NCBI GenBank assembly: GCA_002269645.1
Contig: NIVC01000025.1
Coordinates: 310,001-374,000, forward strand
Length of the DNA stretch: 64,000 nt
Origin: Macrostomum lignano
Lineage: Eukaryota
Direction of reading: 5' to 3'
The notes below the pieces were generated by a model. It saw only the letters and a list, made by a program, of their open reading frames with translations, did not search any database and was not told the origin of the DNA. The translations under genes were made by a program, and so were the position numbers. Every line of letters starts with the position of its first letter. Position 1 is the first letter of the stretch. This document shows, one piece after another, positions 24,704-36,181 of this stretch.

Positions 24704-26491
24704 ATGCAACACCGCTGCGTGCTGCTCTTCCTTGTTCTCTGCGTGTCGCTCGTTCCGTACGCCTCTGCCGCAGAGTTTCAGGTGAACTTCTTGAAGAAGC
24801 CGCCTGTAATTATCTACAACATCTTTTACGAGAAGTACGAGCTCGAACTGGATCTCAACATCACTGAGGTCGCCCCGGAGAGTCCCGACGGGAAGCGGAA
24901 AGTCACCGGACTGAAGGTGATACCTGAACATGGAATGCAAAACCAGGACTTCGGTGCCACCGTGCTGGGTTGAGTGTCCAAAGATGGAGCCTCCGGCAAA
25001 CTGGTCTTCGTGTGCAGAACCTTGCGCAGGTGCATAAACATCAGGAAAAAAACCACCAATCATCCGCTCTTCATCCAGCAGGCTGTGCAGTTCGCGCCCT
25101 TCGGCTTCCATGGCCCCATTCCCACTCAGTTCGGTGCCGTCCGCTCTGCATCCGGTCCCGCGCCAGTCCCTGCTGAGGTGGTCTTCCAGAGGCACCTGGA
25201 CAACAGCCTCTCGTTCGCCCAGAACTGGCACGGCTACGTGAAAGGATTCGGAGATCCCAACGGCAATTACTGGATGGGTGAGTAATGCAATCTGTTTACA
25301 TCGGCTCACTATAAACCTGTGCATCAGTAAGAACTGCCAACTTGGTTAAAAGTCGCGTATCTCTCTCAAGGTTCATCGCAGCTCAATATGTGGCCTGCAG
25401 CTGAAAGATATTGGGCTTAATCGGTGGGACTATCGCTAGCTATCCAAGAGTTCACACTCTCAGCAAACAATGAAATAACCAGACCCAGTCTGGCTTAGTG
25501 GATCAAGTAACAAAGATAGCAAATAGCACTCACCGACCACCAGAGAGAAGGGCATCGATCCGATCTGGGGTGTCAGTTGAACTGGCCAACACTGGCTGGA
25601 CAAGTCGCTTCATAAACGATAAATGTCGTACTTTGAATGTACAAACGTGTTTAACAGGTACTTTCACAACCTAATCAAACGTACAAAACAGTTTCGAGTA
25701 CATCTGATTGTCCAATTTCTCGCTTATAAAGTTCTCCAAGTTTACGATTTGTAAATTTGTCTGCTGCTTTTCTGGGTTGTAGTGAACGCTCAAGCAGAAC
25801 TATGACGTGCATGAGTGAGGGCGTTGAGTCCGTACTACGGAAGACTCATTTGGTACTTTTTAGACTAAGAAGATCGCTGGAATGAAACAGCGCACTGGTT
25901 GGCGCAGGTGAAGTTGCTAAACCGGACAGACGGTCTCATGGTCTTAGGGGTGGGTTGCGGGGTGGAATTTGAGGTTTAGCTGAAAAAGTACAGTATGAAG
26001 TAAAAATCAAGTCAATAGCAGATTACAAGCAGTTTTTATTTAAACTCATCAATCTGAAAGGTTTGGAGCAGCTTTTAGACCTGACAAAAGACCGCAATTG
26101 CAAGCTCATCTATGAGGGAGTCCAACTCAACGGCAAAGTTTTGCGTGCGAAATTCAAGGGCTTCGGTTTGCGCGGGGCGGACGAGAATTACAAGCTGGTG
26201 CTCGGAGATCAGGAGCCGGGTGGCGACCTCAGTAGCGAAGTGGCAGCGTATCACAACGGAATGCAGTTTAGCACTTACGATGCGGATAATGATAAGCGGT
26301 CAGGAGGAGCCTGCATGCAGTCTCAAGAAAGCTATGTTGGCTGGTGGTTTAACAGCTGTCATAAATTAAATCCTAATGGTTTGATTGCCACACCTGTGCA
26401 CTTGGGTTGCTGGGGTTATTGCTCAGCATTGGATGCAAATCTCAGGTGGAGGTGCACAAAGAGCACGAAGCTGTCCTTCAGCTGCATCTGA
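24704..26491 (+). CDS. Secreted fibrinogen-related-domain (FReD) protein, copy 1; exons 24704..25277 and 26061..26491; single in-frame TGA at 24971-24973
   Basis: Signal peptide MQHRCVLLFLVLCVSLVPYASA. FReD motifs VFQRHLDNSLSFAQNWHGYVKGFGDPNGNYWMG|LEQL, YHNGMQFSTYDADND and GWWFNSC. Phase-1 intron GTGAGT(25278)..AAAG(26060). The frame is continuous across the TGA. Confidence 0.85.
25482..25610 (+). mobile_element. Possible tRNA-derived SINE remnant in the FReD copy-1 intron
   Basis: A-box-like TGGCTTAGTGG and degenerate B-box GGCATCGATCC about 50 nt later. The segment has no counterpart in the paralogous intron. Confidence 0.35.
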
Positions 26492-27179
26492 GACGAACCT
26501 GCTGGACCGGCACCTGTTGGGGACTGCGCAGTCTGCGACTGTGCAACTTTCACCTTATTAAATAAATTAACTGAGACTCAAATAAGCAGCTGAGTTTGAG
26601 GTGAGGCTTTTGTGACCTCAGTATATAAATGTATGACTGTTGCAGCAGCCTTGACTAAATATTCGACTGGCTCTCCTTGAAGCCGACTTGGTGAGTTGAA
26701 ACGTATGAGCGCACTGCTCGTGAGACCTGCAGCATCACCCACTGGCTGATCTGCTAATGTAAATCTATCTAGAACTGCTCACGCCAGAAGCCAGTCAAAA
26801 ATACATGAAAGCCATTTTGTCGTTAAAATGCTTGAAGATCGGGACCAAGCCGGCATCATAGCTTTGGAGCTGGCAGAGCAAGAAAAGGGGTGCATACGGG
26901 CTACTGAGAGCTCACTGAGTATCTGCGGTCGACCATTGATGGTTAAAAGATATTCTGTGTAATTTTTAATGCGTAATACATACAAATTGTAGAGTTTAAT
27001 GTGTAGAAATTGTTTTTCCCTTAGCGTATACCATAGCAGGCATTGAAATTTTCTGACCAGGTTAGAGGTCCGCTCCACAGTGGCAATGAACAGCTGGTTT
27101 TTGTTAAACGGGGGTGGGAGGCGTGTGCCTATCGCGGATCCTGCGGAGGGGCTCTGCCGCAGGATATTTAGGGCCATAA

Positions 27180-28700
27180 ATTAACTACCAGGGGGCATAG
27201 AGCCCGAGAGCCCCAGATTGGGACTAGGACTCAAGGGGCCTAGTTAAATAGCCTTATTGGATGCAACCAACCCAAGCCTATGGACTAAGACACCGCCAAC
27301 CCACAGTGGAAAATTTTGGAAAATTACTAGAAAGCGGTCCGAGAGCGGAAAGACCCGAGTCTACGGAAATGGCTTTCAGATTGGAGCGAGTCTGGGCAGC
27401 TTATTTACCAAGGGCGAGTCTCCTATCAGGTAGGCAGAAGCTACAAGATCCTCCTGCAAGCCACAAGGCTTTTTCACTACCCAGCTCTAATAATCCCAAG
27501 ACAAGGGTTGGAGAGGAGCACCACAGAGCAAAGGGACACCGGACTCAGCCGGTATTCCCCGATTCGGGACGAACAGCAACCCCAGGACAGCAATCCACAG
27601 TCAGTGATGAGAGCCAGAGACACAATAAGCAGGGAGACAACCAGAGGAGTGTAATAAATAGGCAATTAGATAATAGCATGCACGGTGAGCAATTATTTAG
27701 GCCCTAGACAAACCTACTTGGAGCGTTTGGAGATTTTAAAGCTATTAATCCTAATCGCCTATCGCCGGTCGGCGAGTCCTACCAGTCTTTCTCCAATAGC
27801 CGCAGGTACAGTACAAGAAAATAAAGAACACGAGGGAACACAAACCGAAAGATTTAGAGAGTGATAATCCTACGTGATACAACTGATAATTGGCTAGACG
27901 GTTTAATTTGATTACTCAAGTTACAGGATTCAAGCAAATTCGCGACGCAGATAATTAGACTGATGATAACGAATAGTAACGATTAATAATAATGATTATA
28001 TTACGCACTGACAAGCGGATCTCAGCTGAGGAAGAAGAAGGAGAACCGAACACGACCACGGAGAAAGACTCCTAACCCCTGGCCTAAGCCAGAACCTACT
28101 CTCAAACGAGAGCCCTGCCGAATCGACCGTTCAACGGAGTACCGACTAAATTCTATCGGCACTGCCCTTCAGTGTAACACTGAGGCCCTCGGGGTCGAGG
28201 CCGCGTACTTGATCAGATCCGACAGTCTCTATCTAACCGCGCTTGATAGCGACGACTTCAGACAGAAATTTGCCGTAGACGTTACGCCACAAGACTACTG
28301 CGGTTGGGCGGGAACAAAAATACGGACCGGGGTGATGAATTCAGGCGCCTCAAAGCGCGAACCAACAAGAGGAGAAAATCGGGCCACCGGCCGGGAGACA
28401 AGACAAAACCGGGGAAAGAGAGCAAGCGAGATCCGATTGCCAAAACACACTTTCATATATAGTCAGAGTCACAACCCCTCAAAACTCCCCTCAAGCCGGG
28501 TGGTGGTCGTCTGGCCGGCCGCTTGCTTAAGCCGAATTGCACTGTGCCCGCGGCGCCGGGTAGAATTGGAACTTGCCGCGTGCCAGGGTCCAGGCCGGTT
28601 CTGATTGGCTGACCGCGCAAAGCTGGGGTTCGCAGACAAACTCAACCCTCCGCTGAGTCACAAAATTGGCGTCTAACTCTAACCTGTTTACAATTTTAGA
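27180..28700 (-). mobile_element. Unclassified LTR-like promoter module
   Basis: Minus-strand CCAAT (AGCCAATCAGAA, about 28605-28615) and TATA-like ACTATATATG (about 28455-28463), followed by long pyrimidine-rich non-coding sequence; layout similar to the 52-58 kb elements. Boundaries not defined. Confidence 0.35.
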
Positions 28701-29089
28701 TTTCAACCAACTAAAAAAAAGTACACAAAAAAACGCATGACTAAACTAAAGCAAAATAACAATTCAATAACAATATAGAAACTAATGCAGTCAATTTACA
28801 ACAAAATATACGCAAAGATGCTCACACTACAGGAGCCAGCAGATGAACCAAGGGAGGGCAACATGGACCAGAAAGGGTAGAGCTCATAACTCCAAAGCTT
28901 GGGCGGCTGAATTGCCAGGGATTAAACACGAAGCTAAAAGCACAACGCGTGCAACCAGGGGGCTCAAGTCCCGATCTAGCCACACTGCAGTACAGTGTCG
29001 CAATCACACCAGGTACACCCCCCTAAACCAAGGCAGGGCAGCCGCTGGATGAGTGTCTCACGGATGAGATGAGATCAACAACTAGCTTG

Positions 29090-30317
29090 GCTGCGGCGAA
29101 TGTGATACAAGATCATTTTCGAAACTTTGGAGTGCCAGAGAAGCTATTCAGTGATGGAGGCCCGCAGTTTTCTGCTCGCGAGTTTCGACAGACAATGGCT
29201 GAGTTTAAGGTGGAGCACCGAACCTCGAGTCCGACGTACCCGCAGTCGAACGGGAGAGCCGAGCGCTACGTACAGACAGCCAAAAAACATGCGGAAGAAA
29301 TGCTCCGAGACAGGCCAAAGTCTGGAGTTGGCACTGCTTCCCTACCACATCACTCCGGTCGGCAGCGGCTTTCCAAGCCCGGCGGAGATGGCTTTCGGCC
29401 GTAAGCTTCGTTGCGACCGCAGCGAATTTCAAGGACTTGCGGCCAAAGGAAACTCATCTTCACTCTAGCATTGAGGCTTTTTAAAAGGAGCGCGTTAGAG
29501 CAGCGCAGCTGTACAATCGCGGAGCTCGACCGTTGCAGAAACTAGCAGCTGGTGATCTGGTGTGGTTACAACGCGGTCGTCGCGAGTGGGTGGCAGCTGA
29601 GATTGATAGCGATTGTGAAAACTTTCCAAGGTCGTACTTGGTTCAAACAGAGACTGGACAGTTGCTCAGACGGAACCGTCGCTTCATCAGGCCATATTAT
29701 TGCATTACTTTCTGCGTTCATCTAATATAGCTCGTATCTCCGATTGCATGAAGTACTGACCTAATACCAAATATGATTTTTGTTTTTGATCCTGTTCAGA
29801 ATATTGCGTTTTTAAATACCTTCATCGGGGATACACGTTCGCACCAATGTTTTTCGTTTAGATCGTTTTCGAAAAAAAATTCTTTCGTAAGGGAGATGTT
29901 GCGTATTGCATTGTGTTTCGATTTATCTGGTGACTTGGTTTAACTGAGCACTCTAGCTCAATCCATCCAATAATGTTGAATTGCGCACTGGCTTTGTGTA
30001 CTCGTTCTACAATGTACATCGCTCGCCTAGTTTAAAAGTATATAAGTCCGTGCTGGGCCAGTTTGAGCCGTGAGTGTTCTTGACTAGCCTAACAAACTGA
30101 CTTTCATTAATAACTTAACAATCAGGATCTGGTTGACTTCGAGTTCATTCACCTTGCTGTCCTGCTCATTCTAGCTGCGCTTATTTGGATTCTCCCTTGA
30201 CCATAGATCGGCGACCGTGCTGTCGCTGCCGCGGACGTAGCGGATGCTGACCAGCGCAGTCGTTCGATCCAGCATAGGATACGCAAGGACTACTAGACTA
30301 GCTTGAAGGACGCAACA
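29090..30317 (+). mobile_element. Ty3/Gypsy 3' remnant: integrase core and GPY/F-type tail, PPT, 3' LTR (29897..30317)
   Basis: FGVPEKLFSDGGPQF..SSPTYPQSNGRAERYVQTAK, SPAEMAFGRKLR and PRSYLVQTETGQLLRRNRRFIR across frameshifts. PPT AAGGGAGA abuts an LTR bounded by TGTTGCGT...ACGCAACA. Confidence 0.9.
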
Positions 30318-31334
30318 CTTGCAAATCGTGCAAAAATAGTTGAAGGCCGATTATTAAAATGCCTGTATCTCCGATTCGATTGCATGTAAATTTTTCGCCA
30401 AGTTGTTCAGATTTTTGTCCCCCACCAAGTATGTCAGTTAGTTTAGTTTCCCACTAGATTTAAATGCAAGAAAATCCTGTATAATGGAGACACCCCATTT
30501 TTGGGCGTTTGGTAGCTATTCAAATCTTAAAGTTAAGGGAACAAAATTAATAAAGTAGCTGAAAATCTAAGGCGCACTTTTCTTGAATACGCTCGTAATT
30601 TCAAAAGTGACGTTTCTGAAAATATATCGGAGTCTGGAGATCATATACAGAACCCGCATTACTTTGGTCTATATCCTTTAAAATCTTTCTCACAAGATGG
30701 TCAGCCAGAAAAATGAGTGAGAAGAAAAAGCCAAACATCTGAAAGCAGACTCCTGTTTTAACATTCTGTTCTCTATAATCTGTAAATTCAAGTGGCTTGC
30801 GAGTGGCAGTAGAATTTAGCAAGCAAGCAGAAGTGTATCGGGTTTATTTGCTTATAGCTAAGCTAATAAACAGCAATTGTTTGACAATTGAGGAGGTATG
30901 ATAAACTATATTGAGCAGATTTAATTATCCGTCAAACAGTGTTGCAAAGTGATGAAACAGTATAGAACAAAGAAAATGGAAAAAGTAAATAGCGAAAACA
31001 AGCAAAAATGCTTGTATAAATGCACAAAAATTCTTTTAACAAATTTAGCATAGTAAGAGTGGCTCATAAGCAGTGTTGGGATCATGTGTACAAATGGTGC
31101 ATGTATATGCTGACAAACCCTCTTAACCCTGTCACTCTAAACATCAAAATCAAGTAAAAGAGGCATTTAGCATAGCTGGTCTGTCACCTCAGTCAGACCT
31201 AGGCTTCTGCAAACGGCACATATTATGTTGACAATCATGTAATTCGTCTATCTCACTAATCTATACGAGAACGAAAATCGGCCTTCAACTATTTTTACAC
31301 GAATCGAGAGTGTAACGTCCTTATTTACGAAGTG

Positions 31335-31985
31335 TTCCTAGTGGTCCGTAAGGATGCGCAGCAGTCCCAGCTTCCCTCCGTCAGCAGCATGCTCAGCGTG
31401 GTGTGGTCCGTGTAGACTGTCACTGCCCTGCCGGAGGTGAACAGGTGCCATTTCTCGACCGATCAGACGACTACAAGCGCCTCCTTTTCACTGACCAAGT
31501 AGTTGTATTCGGCCGGGGTTAGAGAGGGCGAGCTGTAGGCAATCAGATGCTCCTCGCCGCCTTATACCTGCGCCAGCACAGCTCCAATTCCATGGGCACT
31601 GGCGTCGTAGCGAATGATGTTTTCCGCCTTCGAGTCAAACGGTTTGAGCACCGGCGCCATTGTCAGCTGTGACTTGATGGTTTGGAGCGACTTCTCTTGC
31701 TCGCTGCCCCACGACCATGGTTCGTTCTTGCGCAGCAGTCGTCGGATCGGCTCCGTCTTCGCGCCTTCGCGCAGACGAATCGGCTGTAGAAGTTGGTAGC
31801 GCCTAGGAGAGCTGCCGTCTCCCTTGGGTTTTGATGGCTGCTACGTAGGACTCGATCGTCTGGATGCCGCTACCCAATATCCGGAAGCCGTGAAAGTCGA
31901 CCTCCGATTGGCCGAAGACATACTTATCGTTGAGGATGATGTTGTATGTAGGCACAGACAGCTTAAGACAGTTTAAGTGGTACTG
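31335..31985 (-). pseudogene. Ty3/Gypsy RT-RNase H remnant
   Basis: KYVFGQSEVDF, EPIRRLLRKNEPWSWGSEQEKSLQTIKSQLTMAPVLKPFD, DASAHGIGAVLAQ, IAYSS..LTPAEYNYLVSEKEAL and VYTDH, with stops. Confidence 0.88.
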
Positions 31986-32445
31986 CGCCGTAGTTAAAGT
32001 ACTGAATGGCGCCTGAGCAATCTGTGCCCGTAGGTCAGTACATGTATTTGACAGATTTAGCAACCGTCAAAATAGTTTGATAGCTAGTTCAGCTGATGAA
32101 AATGCACCAGCGATCGTGCAGCCTGTGATTGATATTGAGTGTCTTCATTTGATTTTTAAACAATAAATGATTTGAAAAGCATTTAAGCTACAGGCATTTG
32201 CTTGCTTTCTCTGTCTTTAAATGTAGGTTTTTTCTTATTTTAACTATTTGACAATGTAAATTTTCACCTCGCAAAAAACTTTTTTGTTATATTTAAAAAA
32301 TTTCAAGCGCTTAAAAGAGAGCCGCAAGCCACTCCAACTCAAATTATAGCCGTAAGCAGACTTTAACCTCAGCAAGCATTCTTCAGGCACTCCTAATCCA
32401 GTATTCAAGTTCCAAAGCGTAAATTGATTTTTAACTCCGGTAGCC

Positions 32446-33877
32446 ATGCAATGCCACTGCGTGCTGCTCTTCCTTGTCCTGTGCGTGTCGCTTGTTCCGT
32501 GTGCCTCTGCCGCAGAGTTTCAGGTGAACTTCTTGAAGAAGCCGCCTGTAATCATCTACAACATCTTTTACGAGAATTTCGAGCTCGAACTGGACCTCAA
32601 CATCACTGAGGTCGCCCCGGAGAGTCCCGACGGGAAGCGGAAAGTCACCGGACTATAATAAATCAATAATCAAAGAAATAATTGATTAAAAAATATTTAA
32701 AAATATTATAGAAAATATTTGAAATAATCAAAGGTAGATAATGTTTAGATTATAATTTTTATATTGTAGTTTAGAAAGCAATCAGTTTTGAGTCAGGTCT
32801 TAGCCTGGATTTTTATTACAAAAATATCGTAATTGATTAGACTCGATGAAAGAAGGAGCAAAACAAAACCCTGAGCTATAATGCCACTTGTGAGTATTTA
32901 CAACTTTGGGCATAGGAAATAAAAAGCCCAGATCATCAAATGCAGTCGTTTATTTTGTGATGAAAAAAGATTTTGTCCTATCTCCACGGTGGATTTTTCC
33001 AGGATTCAAAAATGGTCTTAAGAAATTACACGATATTTGAGTTTTACATTTGAGGCCTGCGGCTGAGTGATACTGAAGTATTGAGCCAAATCCGTGCCAC
33101 TATCGCTAGCTATCTTAAGTTCCACACCAGCAACCAATTAATGAATTGGCTGCGTACTTTGTTGTTGCTCTAAAGACACGGCAACGTGCATGAGTGAGGG
33201 CGTTGAGTTCCTACATAACGAAGACTCACTTGGCACTTTTAAGACAAAGAAGAGTGCTGGAATAAAACTGTGCACTGGTGGCACAGATTAAGTTGCTAAA
33301 CCTGACAAAAGGCTCAGCGTTTTTGGAAGTGATTGCTGGGTGGAATTTGAGGGCTTAGTCGAACAGTACTGTATGGAGGCTAGGTGAAAAATTAAAAAAA
33401 CAAATTAAAGCAGTTTTTTAACTCATCAATCTGACAGGTTTAGAGCAGCTTTTAGCCATGACAAAAGACCGCAAATGCAAGCTCATCTATGAGGGAGTCC
33501 GACTCAACGGCACAGTTTTGCGTGCGACTTTCAAGGACTTCGGGTTGCGCGGAGCGGACGAGAATTACAAGCTGGTGCTCGGAGACCAGGAGCCGGGTGG
33601 CGACCTCTGGAAGGAAACGGCAGCGTATCACAACGGAATGCAGTTCAGCACCTTCGATGCAGATAATGATAATTGGCCAGGAAGGGCATGCAGCACAGGA
33701 AATTACGATCGTATTGGCTGGTGGTTCAACGGTGGGGGTGACGAATGTCAGCGCTTTAATCCAAATGGTTGGATTTCTTACTCAAACAGCTCATGCTGGG
33801 GTTATTGCTCAGCAATGAACGCACACAAAGTGCGGCTGTGCACAAAGAGCGCGAAGCTGTCCTTCAGCTGCAGCTGA
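32446..33877 (+). pseudogene. FReD gene copy 2: exon 1 truncated after codon 70, exon 2 (33438..33877) still open
   Basis: First 70 codons nearly identical to copy 1, then TAA and ~420 bp of AT-rich DNA with no donor homologue. Intron homology resumes at about 33075. Acceptor GACAG and full FReD C-terminal exon are intact. Confidence 0.82.
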
Positions 33878-34084
33878 GGCAAACCTGCTGGACCGGCTTC
33901 TGTTGGGGACTGTGCAGTCTGCTTAACTTTCACCTAATAAATTACATTAACTGTGATTAACAGAGACTCAAATGGGCAGATGAGTTGGAACTGAGGCTTT
34001 GTGACCTCATTAAATAAATGCATGATGCAGACTGTTGCAGCAGGCTTGAATAATATTCGACTGGCTCTCTGAACTTGAATTTTG

Positions 34085-35540
34085 TAGTGATCCGCTAGTT
34101 TGGTGTTAGGCGTCGCACTTGGTCAGTAGTTTCCCTCGCCCTCGCCCTGGGTCGCTGTCTGCCGCTGATCAGCTTACTGGTGGCCTGTTTCCCCTTGACT
34201 GGTGACTTGCTCACATGACAGACCTTGTTTTCTTGAAGTCCTAAAAGTGCAGTAAACATGTTTACTGCACTCGCTGGTCTGTGTTTACGGCAGAATCACT
34301 TGCCTAAGGCCCTTCCCTTCTCTAAGGAAAGGAGTGACTCATGTTTCTAAAAATAGATACTGAGTCACAACCTAGTGCACTCTGCCAGGAGACCCCAAGT
34401 GACGTCAGGTCTAAAAATAGAACAAAGTCACGAGGTCTTGTGCGTTGGGGCAGTGGAGAATCCCGCGCTATAAATACAGACCCCCTCACCCTTTGTCGGA
34501 TTTCCATCCTCCAATTATTTTTACTTTCTGTTTTGCAATTCAGCCTTGTACTTTTCAGTTAGCCGACTCCCTTCGTCTACCATGCTCTTCCCCACAGACA
34601 ATCTCAATCGTTAATTCACCATAGATTATACAACTAACCTGTTCTTTCTTTTAGTATAAATACAAGTTAAACTCGCGGCTTCAGCCCTTCACCTCCTTCC
34701 TTTCTGCACCACTAATCGCATATTATTAGTTATTAGTTTATTGTCTATTCGACACCCTTGGCTCAGTCAAGGAGGCTTCTAATTTCTGATTTTAGTGTTC
34801 TCTAAGTGCTTTGTCTGTCTGAACTAGAACGCCCATTCTGTCTGCGTACGTTAATTCATTGCTATTGGTCTGACCGACCCATCTGAAGACAACCCCAAGC
34901 CTGCGAGAGGCTAACACAGCCCCTCCCACCCACCAAGCCCGGCAGGATCTGCTGACGAGACGCCTTGTACGTTAAGCTGCAAATCTGCACGTTATTTCGT
35001 CCCGACGGAGACTCACCTCACCGAAGGCGGAGACCCAACGGACTGGTGGCAGCACTTACCGACGCTACTAATAGCTAATAAGAAGGCTTCCGAGAAGAGG
35101 CTCGAAATTTAAAGTAAAGCTTAAGTGCCTGCAAATCGGGAAGCAAACAGTCTGTACTTCAATTGGAAGGGTGGCGTACGTATAGGGGGTGAACAATCGA
35201 CACAGAAGTGTGGAAATAAAATTTAGAGTGCGAGAGTGGATAAAATACAGTGCTGTGGCGGTGCGCATAAAGTCAGCAACCAGCTGGAGTGCATCAACAG
35301 CTGCCGAGACACTCCGGTCCCCCTGCCTGACTGACCCTCTCTCAGAACAAAAGTTTGCTTCGTTCCCAAAGCCGTGTCGCACCCTAAAGAAGCGGAGAGA
35401 GGCAGCTCACGATGACAGCTCCTACGGGGCGGCGATCTCGATGGTTCTTCTTGCCATTTTGTTCTGCTGTTAGCACGGTCTGGCTCAGCAGAGCCTCATG
35501 TACTTGTTCGGTGTCGGAAGATCTGGCCCCGGGTCGAGTG
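34085..35540 (+). mobile_element. LTR-like non-coding element
   Basis: TATAAAT at about 34468, pyrimidine-rich downstream region, and ACGGACTGGTGGCAGC at about 35038-35054 shared with the 52-54 kb element. Begins where homology to the copy-1 FReD 3' flank ends. Confidence 0.45.
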
Positions 35541-35556
35541 CGGCTCCCCCGCCTTC

Positions 35557-36181
35557 GCTCCTACAGAACTGACAGCTGGTGTGGGTGCTGATGCACAGTC
35601 TGCTCCTACAGAGCTAACAGCTGGTGTGGGTGCTGAATGCACAGTCTGCTCCTACAGAACTGACAGCTGGTGTGGGTGCTGATGCACAGTCTGCTCCTAT
35701 AGAACTGACAGCTGGTATGGGTGCTGATGCACAGTCTGCTCCTACAGAACTAACAGCTGGTGTGGGTGCTGATGCACAGTCTGCTCCTACAGAACTGACA
35801 GCTGGTGTGGGTGCTGATGCACAGTCTGCTCCTACAGAACTGACAGCTGGTGTGGGTGCTGATGCACAGTCTGCTCCTGCAGAACTGACAGCTGGTGTGG
35901 GTGCTGATGCACAGTCTGCTCCTATAGAACTGACAGCTGGTGTGGGTGCTGATGCACAGTCTGCTCCTACAGAGCTAACAGCTGGTGTGGGTGCTGATGC
36001 ACAGTCTGCTCCTACAGAGCTAACAGCTGGTGTGGGTGCTGATGCACAGTCTGCTCCTACAGAACTGACAGCTGGTGTGGGTGCTGAATGCACAGTCTGC
36101 TCCTACAGAACTGACAGCTGGTGTGGGTGCTGATGCACAGTCTGCTCCTACAGAACTAACAGCTGGTATGGGTGCTGATGC
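35557..36181. repeat. 45-bp minisatellite, left part
   Basis: Unit TGATGCACAGTCTGCTCCTACAGARCTRACAGCTGGTGTGGGTGC. Confidence 0.98.

Noticed and set aside
24961-24980. GTTGAGT as a splice donor that would remove the in-frame TGA
   Set aside because: It does not match GTRAG, no suitable acceptor follows, and the downstream sequence is coding-like and in frame.
26492-26690. SECIS candidates for the FReD UGA (GTGA/ATGA..AAA..GA near 26610-26680)
   Set aside because: They lie downstream of the likely poly(A) signal, and helix pairing and spacing do not fit by eye; a formal SECIS search is still needed.
26779-27707. 132-aa and 148-aa ORFs as host genes or gag
   Set aside because: No recognisable motif or codon bias; they lie in TE-like DNA and are left unassigned.
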